Source: Myxococcota bacterium (GTDB taxonomy: Bacteria; Myxococcota_A; UBA9160; JAFDDA01). From it: DNA of 64,000 nt. Below, piece by piece: positions 31,185 to 41,591 of the stretch. The first letter of the stretch is position 1, and the number at the start of each line of letters is the position of its first letter. A program made the position numbers and the translations under genes. Where the stretch lies: assembly GCA_965228475.1 (NCBI GenBank), contig OZ245817.1:1792001-1856000 (forward strand), in the 5' to 3' direction. The notes under the pieces are model-generated. The model searched no databases, had not been told where the DNA came from, and saw nothing but the letters and a program-made list of their open reading frames with translations.

Positions 31185-32453
31185 ATGGATTTCGACATCC
31201 CCGCCGAGCTGCAGGCCTACCTCGCGGAGCTCGACGCCTTCATCGAAGCGGAGATCCGGCCGCTCGAGGAGCAGGACGACAACGTCCGCTTCTTCGATCA
31301 CCGCCGGGAAGACGCGCGCACCGACTGGGAGCGCGGCGGGCTTCCGAACGAAGACTGGGAGGCGCTGCTCGCCGAGGCGCGGCGGCGCGCCGACGCGGCC
31401 GGGCACTACCGCTACCCGTTCCCCGCCGCGTACGGCGGGCGCGACGGCACGAACCTCGGCATGGCCGTCATCCGGGAGCACCTGGCCCGCAAGGGGCTCG
31501 GCCTCCACAACGACCTCCAGAACGAACACTCCATCGTCGGCAACAACGTCGGCCTGCTCCTGATGCTCGAGTACGGCAGCGAGGCGCAGAAGGCGGAGTG
31601 GGTCGACGACCTCGCCGCCGGCCGGCGCGGGTTCGCCTTCGGCATCACCGAGCCGGCCCACGGTTCGGACGCCACGTGGATGGAGACCCAGGCCGTTCGC
31701 GACGGTGAGGGCTGGATCCTCAACGGCGAGAAGACCTGGAACACGGGCATCCACAAGGCGCCCTACGACATGGTGATGGCGCGGACGTCCGGGGAGCCCG
31801 GCGACGGCCTCGGCATCACGGCCTTCCTCGTACCGATGGATGCGCCGGGCGTGAAGGTCGAGGAGATGCTCTGGACCTTCAACATGCCGACGGACCACGG
31901 CCGCGTCTCCTTCACGGACGTGCGCGTGCCGGACACGGCGATCTTCGGCGGGGAAGGGCGCGGGCTCGGCGTGGTCCAGCACTTCTTCAACGAGAACCGC
32001 ATCCGCCAGGCGGCTTCGAGCCTCGGCGCCGCCCAGTTCTGCATCGACGAAGCCGTGGCCTACGCGAAGGAGCGAAAGCCCTTCGGCAAGGCCCTCGCCA
32101 CCAACCAGGCCATCCAGTTCCCGCTCGTCGAACTCCAGACCCAGTGCGAGATGCTGCGCGCCCTGATCCACAAGACGGCGTGGCACATGGATCGCGACGG
32201 CGCGTTCTCCGTTTCGGACAAGGTCTCCATGTGCAACTACTGGTCGAACCGGCTGTGCTGCGAGGCCGCCGACCGTGCAATGCAGGTGCACGGCGGGCTC
32301 GGCTACTCGCGCCACAAGCCCTTCGAGCACATCTATCGTCACCACCGCCGCTATCGCATCACCGAGGGCGCGGAGGAGATCCAGATGCGGCGGGTGGCCG
32401 GCTACCTGTTCGGCTTCATGAAGCAGCGCGCGCCGAAGGGCGTGCAGGCCTAG
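31185..32453 (+). CDS. Acyl-CoA dehydrogenase
   Basis: FGITEPAHGSD, LNGEKTW, RKPFGK, MQVHGGLGY, RITEGAEEIQ. Confidence 0.96.
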   Translation: MDFDIPAELQAYLAELDAFIEAEIRPLEEQDDNVRFFDHRREDARTDWERGGLPNEDWEALLAEARRRADAAGHYRYPFPAAYGGRDGTNLGMAVIREHLARKGLGLHNDLQNEHSIVGNNVGLLLMLEYGSEAQKAEWVDDLAAGRRGFAFGITEPAHGSDATWMETQAVRDGEGWILNGEKTWNTGIHKAPYDMVMARTSGEPGDGLGITAFLVPMDAPGVKVEEMLWTFNMPTDHGRVSFTDVRVPDTAIFGGEGRGLGVVQHFFNENRIRQAASSLGAAQFCIDEAVAYAKERKPFGKALATNQAIQFPLVELQTQCEMLRALIHKTAWHMDRDGAFSVSDKVSMCNYWSNRLCCEAADRAMQVHGGLGYSRHKPFEHIYRHHRRYRITEGAEEIQMRRVAGYLFGFMKQRAPKGVQA

Positions 32454-32468
32454 CGAAGCGGTGTCCGG

Positions 32469-33407
32469 CTAGGCGCTCCCCAGCCGTTCGAGCTGGCGGC
32501 CGAGCCAGTCTTCCATGTCGCGGTTGTAGCGACGCGCCACGTCCGTGCCGGCGAACAGATTCACGCCGTGGGGCGCGCCCGGGTAGACGTGGAGCTCGGT
32601 CGGCACGCCGGCCGCACCGAGCCGGCGGGCGTACTCGATGTTTTCGTCGCGAAACCCGTCAGCGCCGCCCACGCAGACGTACGCCTCCGGAAGGCCGGAG
32701 AGGTCCGTGGCCCGTGCGGGCGCGGCCAGGGCCGGGACGTCCTCCGTGCCGTGGAGGTCGCCCAGGTAGGAGCGCCAGCCGAACGTGTTCGAAGCGCGGC
32801 TCCACACGACGAGATCCTCCGCCTGACTCGAAGGCGTGGCCTGGCGGTCGTCGAGCATGGGGCATTCGAGCAGCTGGAACCGGACTTCGAACTCCCCCCG
32901 TTCGCGCACGAGCTGCGCGAGGGCGGCGCACAGGCCCCCGCCGGCGCTGGTTCCGCCGATTCCGATCCTCCCCGCGTCGACACCGATGCGCTCGGCGTTC
33001 TCGAAGGTCCAACGCAGGGCCGCGTAGCAGTCCTCGAGCGGGCCGGGGAAGGGTGTCTCCGGCGCGAGCCGGTACTCGACCGAGACGCCGACGAGGTCGA
33101 ACTTCGGGCACCAGCGGTCGAACTTGGCATCTTCCATCGTGTGGCTGCCCATGACGTAGCCACCGCCGTGGATGGAGAAGAGCGCCGGGCGCAGGCCCTC
33201 CGAGGCGTTCGCCCGATGGATGCGGACCGAGACCGGCGGGGTCTCGGACACCACCACGTTCTCGCTCTTCACCGCGCCGCTCGGCTCGAAGGGCAGCTCC
33301 AGGATCATCTTCCGGAGGCCTTCCAGGGTCTCCGGCCCGGTCGTCGGGATCGGCAGCAGCGGCGCCTGCTCGGCGACCTCGGGGTCGAGTGCGATGGTCT
33401 TCGTCAT
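32469..33407 (-). CDS. Alpha/beta hydrolase, HSL-type esterase
   Basis: HGGG, YRLAPE, GTSAGG, D...H (GAPHG); ATGA overlap with the upstream gene. Confidence 0.95.
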   Translation of the reverse strand: MTKTIALDPEVAEQAPLLPIPTTGPETLEGLRKMILELPFEPSGAVKSENVVVSETPPVSVRIHRANASEGLRPALFSIHGGGYVMGSHTMEDAKFDRWCPKFDLVGVSVEYRLAPETPFPGPLEDCYAALRWTFENAERIGVDAGRIGIGGTSAGGGLCAALAQLVRERGEFEVRFQLLECPMLDDRQATPSSQAEDLVVWSRASNTFGWRSYLGDLHGTEDVPALAAPARATDLSGLPEAYVCVGGADGFRDENIEYARRLGAAGVPTELHVYPGAPHGVNLFAGTDVARRYNRDMEDWLGRQLERLGSA

Positions 33408-34513
33408 TCGGCGTCGCCGTCCCACAGCGAGAGGACGTGGCCGTGTTGCGGCTCGGTGCGGCCGGCCAGGGTGTCTTCGTACACGCGTTCCACGGCCTCG
33501 CGCCCGCGGCCGCGCTTCACCTCGAGCCAGCCTTCGCTGAAGGCACGGAAGCCGGACCAGGCCTCGGCGAGCTTCTCCTGCAGGACGTCGCCTCCCCACT
33601 CGGCGGCCCGCTTCTGGATCTGCGCCGGGGCGAAGAACATCTCGGGGCTCGGGCCCGGGAGGTCTGCGTCGCCCGCGCCCGGGGCGCCGGCCTGGTCCCA
33701 GTGGGTGGCGCCGACGCCGCAGGAGTGCCGGAGCTGGCTGCCGAGATGTTCGTGGACGGCCCGCCGCACCTCGGCGTTCCCGGCCATGTCGACGAAGACG
33801 CTCGGGGTGCCGGCGTCGAGGCTGGGGACCTCGTCGTAGGTCACGACCTCGTCGTAGCAGCCGAGCTTGCGCACGAACTCGAGGTTGCGCGCGGAGGTCA
33901 GCGCGACGGCGCGCGCCCGGCCGCCGCTCGAGACCTGGTGGCCGAGGGCGATCGAGGTCTTGCTCGAGGCGCTCGAGATCAGGATGGCCGCCTCGCCGAA
34001 CTCCCGGCTCGCGATGAAATCGTCGATCAGGAACGACGTCATGAAGAGGCCGCGCATCAGCATGAGCGCGTCCTCGTGCTCGGGCTGCCAGAGGCGATCC
34101 TCCGAGGTCGGGGTGTACTGGCGGTACGCCGGGGCGGTGGCCGCCCGGTGGGCCGCGCCGTCGACGATGCCCGAGGCGCCGACGGCGCTCGGCTCGATCA
34201 CGAGGTAGCGCGACATCGGATAGAAGCCCGAGCAGCGCGTGCCGACGGCGACCTCGGTGTGCTTCGAGGCGATGACGTCGCCGAAGCCCATGGTCGGCAG
34301 CCGCCCGAAGCCCTCGGGCGCCGGGAAGAAGTTCCAGTAGCCGAGCATGTCGCCGGCCAGGGCGTAGGTGATGTTGTTCGCGGTGAACGCGAAGCGGTCG
34401 ACGCGCAGGAGGACCTGACCGTCGCCGATCTCGGGTGCCGGAGCGTCCTGGAAGCGATGCTGCTTCCAGTCGGTCTTGTTCACCAGGAAGTCGAGGCCGG
34501 TGGGGGTTGCCAT
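33404..34513 (-). CDS. DUF2855 family protein
   Basis: FAFTANNITYA, YWNFFP, LFMTSFL, SSASSKTS, GATHW, FFAPAQI. Confidence 0.88.
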   Translation of the reverse strand: MATPTGLDFLVNKTDWKQHRFQDAPAPEIGDGQVLLRVDRFAFTANNITYALAGDMLGYWNFFPAPEGFGRLPTMGFGDVIASKHTEVAVGTRCSGFYPMSRYLVIEPSAVGASGIVDGAAHRAATAPAYRQYTPTSEDRLWQPEHEDALMLMRGLFMTSFLIDDFIASREFGEAAILISSASSKTSIALGHQVSSGGRARAVALTSARNLEFVRKLGCYDEVVTYDEVPSLDAGTPSVFVDMAGNAEVRRAVHEHLGSQLRHSCGVGATHWDQAGAPGAGDADLPGPSPEMFFAPAQIQKRAAEWGGDVLQEKLAEAWSGFRAFSEGWLEVKRGRGREAVERVYEDTLAGRTEPQHGHVLSLWDGDAE

Positions 34514-34520
34514 GGGTCTC

Positions 34521-35606
34521 CTAGTCGTTGGCGAGGACGAGATCGAAACCGCGCTTGGCGACGCGGTGGCGCGGTACGTGGGCGAGCAGCGCCTCCCAGC
34601 CGGTGCCCGCGACCGCTTCGTCGACGGCCTTGCGGGCGGGCGGGGCGAGGGCGGCGTACTCGTCGATCGCGCGCTGCGCGAGGAAGGGGGCGTAGCTGCC
34701 GGCGAAGCGGACGAAGGGCGCGCCGCGGAGCGTTCCCTCGATCTGGCCGACGGCGCGGGGCAGGGGCTCGCCCTCGCGCGGCGCGTCGTCGGCCCAGCGC
34801 TCGAAGACCTCGAGCCCGGCGAGCAGGATCGGGGCGGCGTCCTGGCCCATCACGCGAAGCGTCTCGCGGAAGGTCGGGGCGAGGGCGTCTTCGCCGAGCC
34901 ATGCTCCCTGGGCCGGCGCGTTCGGATGGTTGCAGCGCTCGATCCAGCCGACCACGGGCCGGGCGGTCTCGAGCAGGAGCCGGCGCGAGACCAGATCCGT
35001 GAAGAAGTGTCCGTCGACGGGGCCCATCAGCGCGCAGTCCGCGAAGGACATGCGCTCGCCGAGCAGGTAGGCGTGGCCGGTGAAGTGGGTGGAGAGCGCG
35101 TCGAGGAGGTCGCGCGTGTGGGCCTCGATGGCCGCGCCGTTCTCCTCGCTGGCGCCGACCGCGAAGCGGGCCTTGGCCATGCGGGCGGCGGCGAGCGTGC
35201 CGACCTTCTCGTCGCCGATCATCGCGATGAAGCGCGAGCGGGCCGACGCTTCGCCGAGCTCGCTTCCCCAGCGGTAGTGCATGGCCGGGGCCAGTGCGAA
35301 CTCGTCCGTGTAGAGCTCGACGAGATGGGCCGCGATGCGCTGCACCGGCGTCGCGGGGAAGAGCGGTGGGTCCGGGTGGCGCGCTTCGAGGCGATCGTAG
35401 ATGTCCGTCGAATCCTGCCAGGTCTCGTCCTCGGGCGTCACGAGCATGGGGATGAAGCCGAGGCCCGTGCGCTCCTGGATCAGGCGGAGGTCCGCTCGGA
35501 CCTCGTCGTACCAGAGCCGCTTGTAGCGCAGGGCAGGGCGGACCTTGGCCGAGAAGTAGGACACTTCGAAGGCATGGAAGACGTACGGGCCGGCGGGGGC
35601 GGTCAC
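34521..35606 (-). CDS. Glutathione S-transferase family protein
   Basis: SYFSAKVR..LRYK, IPML, QDST, YLLGERMSFAD; GTG at 35606 with GAGGA RBS. Confidence 0.88.
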   Translation of the reverse strand: MTAPAGPYVFHAFEVSYFSAKVRPALRYKRLWYDEVRADLRLIQERTGLGFIPMLVTPEDETWQDSTDIYDRLEARHPDPPLFPATPVQRIAAHLVELYTDEFALAPAMHYRWGSELGEASARSRFIAMIGDEKVGTLAAARMAKARFAVGASEENGAAIEAHTRDLLDALSTHFTGHAYLLGERMSFADCALMGPVDGHFFTDLVSRRLLLETARPVVGWIERCNHPNAPAQGAWLGEDALAPTFRETLRVMGQDAAPILLAGLEVFERWADDAPREGEPLPRAVGQIEGTLRGAPFVRFAGSYAPFLAQRAIDEYAALAPPARKAVDEAVAGTGWEALLAHVPRHRVAKRGFDLVLAND

Positions 35607-35704
35607 GGGGTTCCTCGGAGGGCGCGAAAGGCGATGATGCCACATTCGCACACGGCGCCGGAGTACGATCTCCCGGGGCGCAGCCGGAGCGGCTGGAGGG
35701 AACC

Positions 35705-36505
35705 ATGAAGTACGAACAGATCACCTACGAGGTCCGGTCGGACGTGGCGCTGCTGACGCTCGACCGGCCCGATCGCCTGAACGCGTGGACGCCGCGCATG
35801 TCCGAGGAGCAGGCCGATGCGATCGGCCGTGCGAACGCGGACCCGGCGGTCGGCGCGATCGTGATGACCGGCGCCGGGCGGGGCTTCTGCGCCGGCGCCG
35901 ACATGGAGGCGACCTTCCAGTCGCGCATCGACGGGGTCGACCCCGGCAAGAACACCCAGGGCGGCTCCGGGGGCCTGCCCGAGGGTCTCGACTGGGTCGG
36001 GCTCGTCCGGGAATCGAAGCCGATCGTCGCGGCCGTGAACGGCGCCGCCGTCGGCATCGGCCTCACGATGATCCTGCCCTGCGACGTGGTCCTGGCCTCG
36101 GAGCGCGCGAAGCTCGGCATGGGGTTCATCAAGATGGGGCTCGTTCCCGAGCTCGCGAGCACCCACTTCCTGGTGCAGCGCATGGGCTTCGGGCGCGCGA
36201 GCGAGATGTGCCTCTCGGGCCGCCTCTATCCCGCCACCGAGGCCTGCGAACTCGGTCTCGTCGACCGGCTGACCCCCGACGGCGAAGTGGTCGATCAGGC
36301 CCTCGCCCTCGCCGGCGAGTTCGCGGCGAACCCCGCGCCCCAGCTGCGCATGACGAAGCAGCTGCTCACGCGGAACGGCTCCCACACGGACCTCGACGAG
36401 ATCCAGGAACGCGAGAGCGCGCTCCTGCGGGAGTGCTGGAAGACGCCGGAGCACAAGGAGGCGGTGCAGGCCTTCATCGAGAAGCGCCCGCCGAAGTTTC
36501 GCTAG
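35705..36505 (+). CDS. Enoyl-CoA hydratase/isomerase family protein
   Basis: DRPDRLNA, FCAGADM, KPIVAAVNGAAVGIG, GLVPE. Confidence 0.95.
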   Translation: MKYEQITYEVRSDVALLTLDRPDRLNAWTPRMSEEQADAIGRANADPAVGAIVMTGAGRGFCAGADMEATFQSRIDGVDPGKNTQGGSGGLPEGLDWVGLVRESKPIVAAVNGAAVGIGLTMILPCDVVLASERAKLGMGFIKMGLVPELASTHFLVQRMGFGRASEMCLSGRLYPATEACELGLVDRLTPDGEVVDQALALAGEFAANPAPQLRMTKQLLTRNGSHTDLDEIQERESALLRECWKTPEHKEAVQAFIEKRPPKFR

Positions 36506-36513
36506 CGGTCGCG

Positions 36514-37650
36514 CTAGAACCCGCGCAGCGTGGCGTAGCGGTCGCGGTGGAACGAACGGTTGCCGAAGCTCGCCTCGAGGGCCCGGGCGCGCTTCAGGTA
36601 GAGGCCCGCGTCGAACTCGTCGGTCATGCCGATGCCGCCGTGGATCTGGATCAGCTCGTTCGACATGTGGTGCAGGAAGGCGCCCGCCTTCGCCTTGGAG
36701 AGGGAGCAGAGTTCCGCCGTGTCCTCCGCCCCGGCGTCGATCGCCTGCAGCGCGGCCTCCACGCAGGAGCGCGTCATCTCCATCTCCGTGAAGAGCCCGG
36801 CCGCCCGGTGCCCGAGCGCCTGGAACCCGCCGATCACCTGGCCGAACTGCTCGCGGTTCTTCAGGTAGTCGAGGGTCAGGTCGAAGGACTGCGCCGCCAC
36901 GCCGAGCATCTCCGCGGCGACGCCGGCCCGCGTCCGGTCGAGGATGGCGTCGAGCAGAGGGGCCGCCTCGTCGAGCGTGCCCAGCGCGGCCTCGGCGGGC
37001 ACCTCGACGTTCTCGAAAGTGACGCGCGCGTAGCCACGGCTGTCGGCGGTGGCGAGCCGCTGGCGGGAAAGGCCGCTCGCATCGCTTTCGACGAGGAACA
37101 GGCTGATCCCGCGAGCCTCGCCCGGGCTCCCGCTCGTGCGCGCGGACACGACGAAGGCGTCGGCCGCGAGGCCTTCGTGGACCTGGGTCTTGGTGCCCGC
37201 GAGACGAAAGCCCGTCGCCGTCTTCTCGGCTTCGAGGGCCGTTCGCAGGGGCGCGTGGTGGGGGCCTTCGTCGACGGCGAGGGTCACGACGGCGCTCCCC
37301 TCGGCGATCTTCGGCAGCCACGCCTTCTGCTGTGCGTCGCTCCCGCCGAGCACGAGGGCCGTCGCGCCGCCGAGCCCCGAGGCCAGCAGCGGCGAGGCGG
37401 TGAGCTGGCGCCCGAGCTCCTCGAGGACGACGCCGAAGGTCAGGAAGCCCATGTCGACCCCGCCGTGCTCTTCGGGCACGACGATTCCGGCCCAGCCCAT
37501 CTCGCCGATGCTCGCCCAGGTCGCCTTGTCGAATCCGTGCTCGTTCGCGCTGTCGCGCATCTCCCGGAACTTCGCGACGGGAGCCTCGTCGCGGGCCCAC
37601 GTCCGGGCCTGGTCCTTCAGGAGTGCCTGCTCTTCGGTGAGTGCTGCCAT
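36514..37650 (-). CDS. Acyl-CoA dehydrogenase, probable second subunit of a heteromeric pair
   Basis: REQFGQVIGGFQAL, IQIHGGIGMTDE; lies immediately downstream of the partner ACAD. Confidence 0.93.
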   Translation of the reverse strand: MAALTEEQALLKDQARTWARDEAPVAKFREMRDSANEHGFDKATWASIGEMGWAGIVVPEEHGGVDMGFLTFGVVLEELGRQLTASPLLASGLGGATALVLGGSDAQQKAWLPKIAEGSAVVTLAVDEGPHHAPLRTALEAEKTATGFRLAGTKTQVHEGLAADAFVVSARTSGSPGEARGISLFLVESDASGLSRQRLATADSRGYARVTFENVEVPAEAALGTLDEAAPLLDAILDRTRAGVAAEMLGVAAQSFDLTLDYLKNREQFGQVIGGFQALGHRAAGLFTEMEMTRSCVEAALQAIDAGAEDTAELCSLSKAKAGAFLHHMSNELIQIHGGIGMTDEFDAGLYLKRARALEASFGNRSFHRDRYATLRGF

Positions 37651-37662
37651 CGTTCTTCTTTC

Positions 37663-38883
37663 CTAGCCGCGCTGGGTGTTCTCGGGCAGGCCGAGGATGT
37701 TCTTCGCGATGATGTTGTTCTGGATCTCGAAGGAGCCGCCGTAGATCGACATGGCCTTCCCGCTGAGCCAGCTGCGCACGGCTTCGAGCTCCCGCGCTTC
37801 GTACCCCTCGCCCTCCCAGCCGAGGCCCTGGTGGCCGAGGATCTCGATCATCAGCTCGGCGCGCTGCTGGGCGACCGTCGACGCCGCGTTCTTCAGGATC
37901 GACGCGGCGGCGCTCACCTTGGCGTTCCCCCGCGCCTCCTCCGTGATGCGCCGGATGGTGAGGGCGTGGGACTTCGCCTCGATCATGTGCTCCGCCAGCC
38001 GGGCGCGCAGGTCCGGGTCCGCGAGGCGCCCCGCTTCGTCCACGCCGACGTAGTCCTTGGCGATGTCGCGGATCGAGCGTCGCTGGCCGCCGCCGAGGCC
38101 GGAGGTGGCGCCGGTCTGGCTCTGGCGTTCGTGCTGCAGCAGCCGCTTGCCGACGGTCCAGCCCGCGTTCAGCTCGCCGAGCATCTCGTCCTTCTCGGCA
38201 CGGGCGTCGTTGAAGAAGGTCTCGCAGAACGGCGAAGCGCCCCCGATCAGGCGGATCGGCCGCGTCTCGATGCCGGGCTGGTCCATGTCGATCATGAGGA
38301 AGCTGATGCCGTCGCGCTTCGGGGCGTCCGGGTCGGTGCGGACGAGCACGCCGCACCAGTCCGAGATGTCGGCGCCGGAGGTCCAGGTCTTCTGCCCGTT
38401 CACGACCCAGTGGTCGCCCGCGTCGACCGCGCGCGTCTGCAGCGAGGCGAGGTCCGAGCCGGCGTTGGGCTCGGAGTACCCGAGCGACCAGAAGACGTCT
38501 CCCCGGCAGATCCGAGGGATGTGGCGCTGTTTCTGTTCCTCGGTTCCGTACTCGAGGATCGTCGGGCCGACCATCGTGATGCCCATGCCCGTCGTCCGCA
38601 CGAGCGGGTTGAAGGCGCCGGCGCGGTCGAGCTCCTGATTCAGCACGATGGCCTCGGTCTGGCTCAGACCGCCGCCGCCGTACTCCGCGGGCCAGGTGGG
38701 GGTCGCCCAGCCCTTGGCGCCCAGGCGCTTGCCCCACTCGATGGCTTCGGTCTCGCCCGCGGCCAGGGTCTCGCCGGACATCAGCGCGGCGCCGCGGCCC
38801 GCGAGGGAGGCCGGGAAGTTCTCCGCCAGCCAGGCTTGCACCTCGCCGCGGAAGGCTTCGAGTTCGGGGTTCGTGTCGGCCAT
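37663..38883 (-). CDS. Acyl-CoA dehydrogenase, probable first subunit of a heteromeric pair
   Basis: GYSEPNAGSDLASL, NGQKTWTS, LQHER, IYGGSFEIQNNIIA; AAGGAG RBS before the ATG at 38883. Confidence 0.94.
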   Translation of the reverse strand: MADTNPELEAFRGEVQAWLAENFPASLAGRGAALMSGETLAAGETEAIEWGKRLGAKGWATPTWPAEYGGGGLSQTEAIVLNQELDRAGAFNPLVRTTGMGITMVGPTILEYGTEEQKQRHIPRICRGDVFWSLGYSEPNAGSDLASLQTRAVDAGDHWVVNGQKTWTSGADISDWCGVLVRTDPDAPKRDGISFLMIDMDQPGIETRPIRLIGGASPFCETFFNDARAEKDEMLGELNAGWTVGKRLLQHERQSQTGATSGLGGGQRRSIRDIAKDYVGVDEAGRLADPDLRARLAEHMIEAKSHALTIRRITEEARGNAKVSAAASILKNAASTVAQQRAELMIEILGHQGLGWEGEGYEARELEAVRSWLSGKAMSIYGGSFEIQNNIIAKNILGLPENTQRG

Positions 38884-38905
38884 GGGGTTCTCCTTTGGAG
38901 CCGGT

Positions 38906-39922
38906 CTAGACGACGCTCCGCTGGGTATGCATGCGGAAGTCGGCGTAGCCGGCGAGGTCGTAGTACCGGACCGTGGCGCTGCGGGCGGGCGCCAGGGCAT
39001 CGATACGGGCGAAGTCCTTCGGCCCGAGGGCGACGTCCACGGCACCGAGGTTGTCCTCGGCCTGCTCGTAGGTGCGCGGGCCGATGATCGGTGCCGTCAC
39101 GCCGGGCTGGGCGCCGCACCAGGCCAGGGCGATCTGGGAGACGGTGCAGTCGCGCTCGCCGGCCATCTCGCGCAGCAGGTCGAGGACGTCCCAGGCCAGC
39201 GGCGTCGGCTTGCGTTCGAAGTTGTCCTGGCCGCCCTGCCAGCGGCCTTCGCTCGCAGGCTGGTCGCGGTGGTACTTCCCGGTGAGGAGCCCGCCGCACA
39301 GGGGCCCCCACGGAAGGATCGCCAGGCCGAAGGAGCGCGCCGCCGGGATCACCTCCCGCTCCGCCGTGCGGTCGAGCATGTGGTAGGCGGGCTGTTCGCT
39401 GATGAAGCGGTTCAGCCCGAGCTCCTTCGCGATCCAGAGGGATTCGACCATGCGCCAGGCCGGGAACATGCTGCAGCCGATGTAACGGACCTTGCCGGCG
39501 CGGATGAGGTCGTCGAGCGCGCGCAGCGTTTCGTCGACGGGGATGTTCGCGTTGGCGCGGTGCAGCTGGTAGAGGTCGATCCAATCGGTCTGGAGGCGCT
39601 GCAGGGAGGCATCGCAGGCCTGGATCAGGTGGCGGCGGCTCAGGCCACGCGCGTTGACGTCGTCGCCCTGCGGAAAGTTGAACTTCGTGGCGAGGATGGT
39701 GTTGGCCCGCCGTCCGCCCGCGGCGAGGGCTTCGCCGACGATCCGTTCGCTCTCGTTGTCCGCGTAGACGTCGGCCGTGTCGATGAAGTTCACGCCCCGG
39801 TCGAAGGCGAGATCGACGATGCGCAGCGATTCCTTCCGGTCGGCCTTGCCGCCGAACATCATCGTGCCGAGGCAGAGCTCGCTGACCTGCACGCCGGTGC
39901 GGCCGAGGGGGCGGTACTTCAC
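38906..39922 (-). CDS. Aldo/keto reductase
   Basis: LGRTGVQVSELCLGTM, FIDTADVY, LATK, SLQRLQTDWIDLYQLH, GKVRYIG; GTGA overlap with the tetR stop. Confidence 0.95.
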   Translation of the reverse strand: MKYRPLGRTGVQVSELCLGTMMFGGKADRKESLRIVDLAFDRGVNFIDTADVYADNESERIVGEALAAGGRRANTILATKFNFPQGDDVNARGLSRRHLIQACDASLQRLQTDWIDLYQLHRANANIPVDETLRALDDLIRAGKVRYIGCSMFPAWRMVESLWIAKELGLNRFISEQPAYHMLDRTAEREVIPAARSFGLAILPWGPLCGGLLTGKYHRDQPASEGRWQGGQDNFERKPTPLAWDVLDLLREMAGERDCTVSQIALAWCGAQPGVTAPIIGPRTYEQAEDNLGAVDVALGPKDFARIDALAPARSATVRYYDLAGYADFRMHTQRSVV

Positions 39923-40602
39923 GCCGGCTCCTCGAAGCCGGGGGCGCCGTCCACCTCGAGGTAGCGGAGCGCCGAGCGAAGGGCCTCCCGCAGGAACGCC
40001 TCGTCGCTGCGGTTCGCGAGGGGCGACGGCATCGCGTCGGCGCCAAAGCGGGCTTCGAGCAGGGTGGCGAGCTGTTCGATCACGAAGGCGCTCGCGAGCT
40101 CCGGGTCGGGGTGGCCGATCTCCTCGCGCCGGGCGAGCAGGAGCCCGGCGATGCCTTCGAGGAGGTCGCTGCGGAGCTCCGCGTAGTGGGCGCGGAGCGC
40201 GGGTTCGGTGCGGGCGATCAGCAGGCCCGCGCCTTTCATGGCGGGGCGTTCGCGGCCGATGGTGAGGGAGAACTCGAGGTAGCCGAGCAGGCGGTCGGCG
40301 ACCGAGGCCCCCTCCCAGCGCGCCGGGTCGAGCGCCTCGCGGGTCGTCGCCCGGAGTTCCTCGCACATGCGTTCGAAGACCGCGTAGGTGAGGGCCTTCT
40401 TGTCGCGGAAGTGGTGGTAGACCGCGCCGACGGAGCAGCCCGCCCGGGCCGCCACGTCGCTCACCGAGGTGGTCTCGACGCCCTTCTCCGCGAACAGCAC
40501 CGCCGCCGCCTCGAGCAGCGAGGCCTGGGTGCGTTGGCTCCGGGTCTGCTGGCCCGGGCGCACCCAGTGGAGGTCGGAGATGAAGCGGCTTCGCGGCACC
40601 AC
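39919..40602 (-). CDS. TetR/AcrR-family regulator
   Basis: QQTRSQRT...LLEAA..LF...G...TSV.DVA.RAG.SVGAVYHHF.DK. Confidence 0.94.
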   Translation of the reverse strand: MVPRSRFISDLHWVRPGQQTRSQRTQASLLEAAAVLFAEKGVETTSVSDVAARAGCSVGAVYHHFRDKKALTYAVFERMCEELRATTREALDPARWEGASVADRLLGYLEFSLTIGRERPAMKGAGLLIARTEPALRAHYAELRSDLLEGIAGLLLARREEIGHPDPELASAFVIEQLATLLEARFGADAMPSPLANRSDEAFLREALRSALRYLEVDGAPGFEEPA

Positions 40603-40608
40603 GGAGCG

Positions 40609-41571
40609 CTAGAGCGGAAAGCTCTGGCCGACCATCTCCTCCGAGAGGGTCCAGAGCCGCTTCGCGGCCTCCGGGTCGACGGCATGGGAGCGCACGCCGT
40701 CCGGCGCGTTCTCGCGATCGTCGACCTCGGCGAGGCGGCAGTTTTCTAGGTAGCGCCCGCCGATGCCTTCGAGCTCGGGCGCCGTCGCGGCGTAGACGGT
40801 CGTGGCCGCACCGGCCTCGACGGACTTGAGCTTGAGCTCGGTCCCGCGGGCTTTCGCACGGTCGCGCATCATCTGGTAGTCCGCGTCCTCGAGGTGGCGG
40901 GCGAGGTCCGTCATGATCACGCCGGGGTGGATGGCGTTGGCGTGGACGCCCTTCGGGCCGAGGCGCCGCTCGAGCTCCACCGCGAACAGCACGTTCGCGG
41001 TCTTGGCCTGGCCGTAGGCCGACCACTTGTCGTAGGGCCGGTTCTCGAAGTGCGGGTCGTCGAAGACGACGGGCGAGCGCTCGTGGCCGAGCGAGCTCAC
41101 GGAGACGATCCGCGAAGGCGCTCCGGCCACGAGAGCCGGCGTGATCAGCCCCGTCATCAGGAAGTGGCCCAGGTGGTTCGTGCCGAACTGGAGCTCGAAG
41201 CCGTCGCTCGTCTTGCCGAAGGGGCAAGCCATCACCGCGGCGTTGTTCACGAGCAGGTGGAGCGCGTCGTGTTCGGCGAGGAAGCGCTCGGCGAAGGCGC
41301 GGATGCTCGCCAGCGAGCCGAGCTCGAGTGCCTCCACGGAGACCGCCTGGTTCCCCGTCGACTCCCGGATGCCCTTGGCGACCGCCTCGCCCTTGGCGAG
41401 CTCGCGCGCGGTGAAGACGATGCGGGCGCCCCTGGAGGCGAGCGCGCGGGCCGTCTCCGCACCGAGACCGCCCGAGCCGCCCGTCACCAGGGCGAGTTTG
41501 CCGGTCAGGTCGATGCCCTCGAGGACTTCGTCGGTGGTGGTGTCGTGGCCGAAGGCGGTGCGATCGGGCAT
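40609..41571 (-). CDS. SDR oxidoreductase (retinol dehydrogenase-like)
   Basis: TGGSGGLG, NNAAVM, FGTNHLGHF, YGQAKTAN. Confidence 0.94.
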   Translation of the reverse strand: MPDRTAFGHDTTTDEVLEGIDLTGKLALVTGGSGGLGAETARALASRGARIVFTARELAKGEAVAKGIRESTGNQAVSVEALELGSLASIRAFAERFLAEHDALHLLVNNAAVMACPFGKTSDGFELQFGTNHLGHFLMTGLITPALVAGAPSRIVSVSSLGHERSPVVFDDPHFENRPYDKWSAYGQAKTANVLFAVELERRLGPKGVHANAIHPGVIMTDLARHLEDADYQMMRDRAKARGTELKLKSVEAGAATTVYAATAPELEGIGGRYLENCRLAEVDDRENAPDGVRSHAVDPEAAKRLWTLSEEMVGQSFPL

Positions 41572-41591
41572 GGCGGGCTCCGGGCGAGGTC